The translations under genes and the position numbers were made by a program. The notes under the pieces are model-generated. The model made no database searches. It worked only from the letters and a program-made list of their open reading frames with translations, and was not told where the DNA came from. A stretch of 64,000 nucleotides of DNA from Eledone cirrhosa (Eukaryota): NCBI GenBank assembly GCA_964016885.1, contig OZ024747.1:70990001-71054000 (forward strand), given 5' to 3'. Shown piece after piece: positions 59,225-64,000 of this stretch. The number at the start of each line of letters is the position of its first letter. The stretch's first letter is position 1.

Positions 59225-62111
59225 TACACACATACATATATACATACATACATATGTACACATATACACACTTTCTCACTCCCACAAACATACGTATATA
59301 CACACATATATATATATTCACACAATTGTGTGTATGTGTTATTGTGTGTATATATATGAATGAAACGAAATCGTATTTTTGCTCATTTTACATACATACA
59401 TACATAGACACACACGCGTACGCACACTCCTGTCCATACATCAGATATGATATTGAAAATAGCCATAAATTTATAACAATATATCTATGTAATCAGAGAT
59501 ATGTAAGAGAATATATGTGCTAAATTGTATATATGTATATGTATTTCTTCGTAAATATTTATATAGTATGCATAATCTACGATTTTGTATACACACTTGT
59601 TTATACGAATAGATATATATGTGTGTGTTTATATAAATACCCTTGTCTATGTGTATGTATATACAATCGCCGGCCTGGTTCGTTGTATAAATAAATATTC
59701 TTCTTTTCTTTCTATATAGTATGTTTCTCTAGTTGTACGTGTACATAATAGTGAGCGTCTTTATTCGTATATGAGGTTTATATGTTCATGTGTATGTGCT
59801 TGCTGTGAGTTCGTGCTTGCATGTTTATATGTTTGCTTGCATTGTAAAGGCCATAACAAATTCGTTGTAATCTTGGCTATAAAACCTGATAAAGGCAACA
59901 GTGGTGGCGGCCTCAGACAGCGAAATAACATCATTAGTCTCTTGCTTGTTCAGCTATTTGTAATATGCAAAAGCAGGACTAAAAAATTACCCGCAAGCCA
60001 CAACTATGTGTAGAACATATCAAGAGATCAACCATAAACAAGAAATAAAAGAAAGACATAATGACTACTTACTGTCATAAATTTCTGCCTACCACACCAT
60101 ATCTTCAACCGTCACTACAACGACGTCTGAAAAACTATATTCAATAAAAAGAAAGTGGAAAAATACGATTTTTATCAAAGCATAAATAACAGATTGAACA
60201 TTCGACACGTTTTTATTTCCTTTTTGTCTTTTCTTTTATATGATTTTTAGCGGTATTTTTTCTTCACTTTTGTATTTAGGGAAACAACGCTGGTGCGATG
60301 AGATTACACGCTTCATCTACCTTCATCGCCCATGTGTTTCGACAGAACGTGTTCAATATAAGCACACTCTGGTGCATATTAATAGTCAAAAGGGAGAAAG
60401 ATAGAATGCGTGTGATAAGGCATATAAGCAGAAATTGCTGTTTTTATATAGACAGATATATGATATATATATGCAGAAATGGCGGCTGGTTTGCAGTCGA
60501 TGATTATGGCGGAAACATTGCTTCTGGATTATTACAAAATATAGGAGGCTAATCTTCCTTCGATCACCATCGTCTAACGTTGAAGTGGTATAAATGCTTG
60601 CCAACAAAATTTTTTGGTCTGCTCTAAATGCAATCATTCACCAGTTGACTGCAAATTATGCATTTACTTAGATAAAACTTGTATTCCATCTTAATCATTT
60701 CCACACGCTATATTAATTAGATATATAACAGGTTTGCTAGAATTTTTGCTCTAAAAAGTGACCACGTCTATGCAACAACTTTACAATACAGACGTCGATA
60801 TATCTACACTGCAAGCTATTCTTTTACCTTCAATATACAGGTTGAGCTTAAAGTCTTTCCCTGATTATAAACCTTTATTAAGCAAAACATTAACAAGATA
60901 GATGCCATTTCATAGATGCCATTTTCTTACTGATACTTACAACTACTTCATGTAGAAGAGAAAATGTAAAACATGTTCAGAAAAACTTTAAACTTGAAAT
61001 ATATAAATTAAAAAAGTGAAAAAGTAAAATCTCAAATAGTATCCGAGATATGGTATTTTATAATCAGGGAAACACTATGCCCACCCTGTAATCATAACTT
61101 CACTGTATGTGAATACTTAAGTATTATTTTCTCAATCCCATTTACTAGTAATAGTAGTTAAATTACTCTAAAAGCATTCATACCGTCTTAAAGAGGGATA
61201 CATTAGACAATGTAATTCCTCGTGTACAAAAGATGGGATGATACAGCTGAAACACAATTGATCATATGCCGATTCGATACGAGCTAACCTGGGTCTAAAA
61301 CATAACCACCTGGAAGTGTTGTTGTGACTGTTTGACCTTTTAGAAATAGCAGCCAAATGTTTCCCAAAATATATTTTGGACACAATGGATATTGTAATTC
61401 TTGTGTGACCTTGTTGATCATAGCTACGCCGAATCAGCGTTTGGTTTTCCTTTATTTTACAATAAGCGGAGATGTTTTTTTTTTGTTTTTGTTTTTTTTT
61501 TCGTGTTTTTATTTTATTTGTTTGTTTATATTTATTTCTTCACTGGTCTTGCCTGTTATACAAACAGGTAGTGTTGGGCATAAAGGTAACCATATAACAG
61601 CTCAATGTGGTGAAAAAGAGATAGATATGTTTTAAGAAGAGAAATATCTTGTTTGATCCTCATAAAATCTAACGCGTTTCATAAGCTTTTTTTTTTTTAT
61701 TTCGTGTTAATAAAAGATATTTAGTAATTAGAAGGAAATTTGAGAATACGAGAAGATTTGGGGGAGAGGACCAGCAAGCAACAATTATTGTAGCAGCAGA
61801 GAATTGATGAAGCAGAGGAAAATGGTTGAAGAAAAAGAAAGGGGATAATTAAGAAGGAATATGTAGGGAGGGAGGGTAAAAGCTTAGTGATATCATGCGC
61901 ATAAGATAATTAAGAAATGGGCTGAGTGTTGGGAGGGAAAGTTAGAGAAAGAGTATAATTCGAGAATATAGTTGATGGGCGTATAATGTTGGTATTCAGT
62001 TTAGATAATGAAACTTGGGGGCGGAGTCAATTTTGAAGGGCAATGACAACAATGAAAACGTGTTAGAAGGTCACAAGGTTAGGGAGATAGGGTGTGTGAA
62101 ACAGAGAGAAA

Positions 62112-62175
<64 letters not shown>

Positions 62176-62176
62176 A
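62112..62176. repeat. (GAAA)n microsatellite
   Basis: Read directly. Confidence 0.95.
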
Positions 62177-62838
62177 AATAGAGAGGAAAGAGGGAAAGAG
62201 GTGTGTCTGAATTAGATTTACATCACTTATAATTGAAGGAGGAAAATAAAGAGGAAAACGAAGAAGGTACGCACATATTCGATGTGTGTATGAATCATAA
62301 TTTCTCAATATATTTATTGACAGCTCAACCTAGGAAACTGGTATTTAACACTGTTTTCAAAAATGCTAGACCTTCCTCCAAACGAAAGGGAACAAAATTG
62401 GTCGCTGAAATTGCGAGACATAGCAGCCATATCATTCCCCAAATACCCATTAACAAACGATACGCAAAATAACAAATGACACATTGGTTAAAGTATCCCA
62501 AAGTATCATATATCTAATAAAAAAAATTTTTAAAAACTGACATTAAGTAATTACTGGAATACAGTAAAATTATACGTTAGGTCTGAGTTGACAAACACAA
62601 GAAGAACATATGCTCTAATTTACTTTATTCATATAAATATATATATTTACATTTCTCTATTTTCTTATATAATTGCTGTATATAGTGTATTTTATAGATC
62701 GGCATACATGTTAGCGCGGGATGGATTATTTGTGTTATTTATTACAATGCTTTACATTTGAGTTCAAACGCACCCAAGGTCAATTTACTTGTCATAAATA
62801 GGGAATCGATAACATAAAGTATTGTACATATATATTTA

Positions 62839-62871
<33 letters not shown>

Positions 62872-62985
62872 GTGTGTGTACGCGTGTGTGTGTGTATGTG
62901 TGCGCGTATGTTTATATCTATACGTATATATATATGTATATATATATATATATATATAAACAATTATATATATATATATATATAT

Positions 62986-63175
62986 AATTGTTTCCACTTT
63001 TGGCACAAGGCCAGCAATTACCCCAGTACATTACTGGTACTTTATTTTATCGACCCCGTAAGCATGAAAGGCAAAGTTAACCCCGGCGGGATTTGAACTC
63101 AGAACGTAAAGGAACATACCTCTATGCTGAAAACCATGTTGCTGACGCCCTCCCAATACTGCCAATCCACCGCCC
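62986..63175 (-). mobile_element. Full-length SINE
   Basis: Family match including the GGGCGGTGGATTGGC head. Confidence 0.9.
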
Positions 63176-63194
63176 TATATATATAATAATTAAT

Positions 63195-63385
63195 AATAAG
63201 GAGCAGGAACGAAGTATCAATATAGCATCATTATGTTTATTCACATGTTACGCCTGTTTCGGGATCGATCAGCTCAAGGTACGATCGTTAGTGATCGAGC
63301 CCGTCTCTAGAATCGATAGCTTATCACACTTGTAGATTCTTGAACCTAATGATAGTATATTGATATTTTCTTCCTGCTCCTTATT
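63195..63385 (-). mobile_element. PLE remnant: ~39-bp inverted repeats enclosing an extended-stem-II hammerhead at 63243-63333
   Basis: AATAAGGAGCAGGAA... / ...TTCCTGCTCCTTATT; ACAAGT-GTGATAA-[60 nt]-GAAAC-aggc-GTA-ACATGT. Confidence 0.65.
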
Positions 63386-63511
63386 TACGGTCTGAGTTCA
63401 AATCCCGCCGAGGTTAACTTTGTCTTTCATCCTTACGGGGTCGATAAAATAAAGTACCAGTAATACACTGGGATAATTGCTGGCCTTGTGCCAAAAGTAG
63501 AAATAATTATT
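63384..63511 (+). mobile_element. 5'-truncated SINE
   Basis: Starts just upstream of the B-box; core and tail intact. Confidence 0.9.
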
Positions 63512-63607
63512 AATATTATTAACACTGTTGAAACCCCTAACGTCGAATACCACATCAGCGGCCGGACCCATATTAGCATCGAGTGCTCAAACTGTTGAAC
63601 ATTTCTA

Positions 63608-63736
63608 ATTTCTCATTCTTTCTTCTGATGAAGGACTAGCGTCCAAAACGTTAAGACCCTCTTCCTGGTATTTCAAGCGTTAACCTAATATATTCCTTCC
63701 ATATACTGTACCGATTGTGTTGTTATTTCTATTTAC

Positions 63737-63741
<5 letters not shown>
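63608..63741 (+). mobile_element. PLE pLTR copy; hammerhead with GAAA mutated to AAAA
   Basis: Reverse-complement homologue of 40779-40910; TCTT-CTGATGA-A-GGAC-tagc-GTCC-AAAAC-GTT-AAGA. Confidence 0.75.
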
Positions 63742-63826
<85 letters not shown>

Positions 63827-64000
63827 CTAGCTAAAGTACCCCTCCTTTGGACGGTTCAAGTAGCTTTCGATGTAGCTCATTAAACTAAACAAAGTAAATT
63901 TGAATACATAGAAGAAAAACGTACTTTATGTAAACATGAAAACCTTAGGTACTATTCCAGCGAAATAATTAATGTGAACTCGGTATCATCCGTTAGTAAT

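Noticed and set aside
63826-63862. ACTAG..ACCC..GG resembling a Helitron terminus; a similar hint at 35200-35400
   Set aside because: Too short and degenerate, and cut by the window edge or the gap.

Overview
AT-rich, repeat-dominated eukaryotic DNA, intronic or intergenic. The SINE, LINE and microsatellite profile suggests an octopod cephalopod (inference). I found no intact host protein-coding gene; nearly all ORF-track entries are microsatellite or minisatellite artefacts. The window holds about 13 copies of a tRNA-derived SINE (several with clean target-site duplications, TSDs), two R4/Dong-type non-LTR fragments with restriction-like endonuclease (RLE), a 5'-truncated L1/Tx1 LINE, RTE and L2/CR1 fragments, two copies of a ~600-bp non-autonomous RTE-like element, a decayed mariner transposase, a 4.3-kb G-rich 42/43-bp minisatellite and a 200-N gap. 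The most striking structure is a dense set of Penelope-like (PLE) pseudo-LTR remnants embedded in (TA)n. They form hairpins, palindromes and partial tandems and carry at least 15 hammerhead-ribozyme-like motifs. These include a 2.5-kb near-perfect palindrome centred on a GIY-YIG C-terminus and a four-copy hammerhead family with a length-conserved 60-61-nt structured insert in stem II. All RNA folds were paired by eye, not computed.
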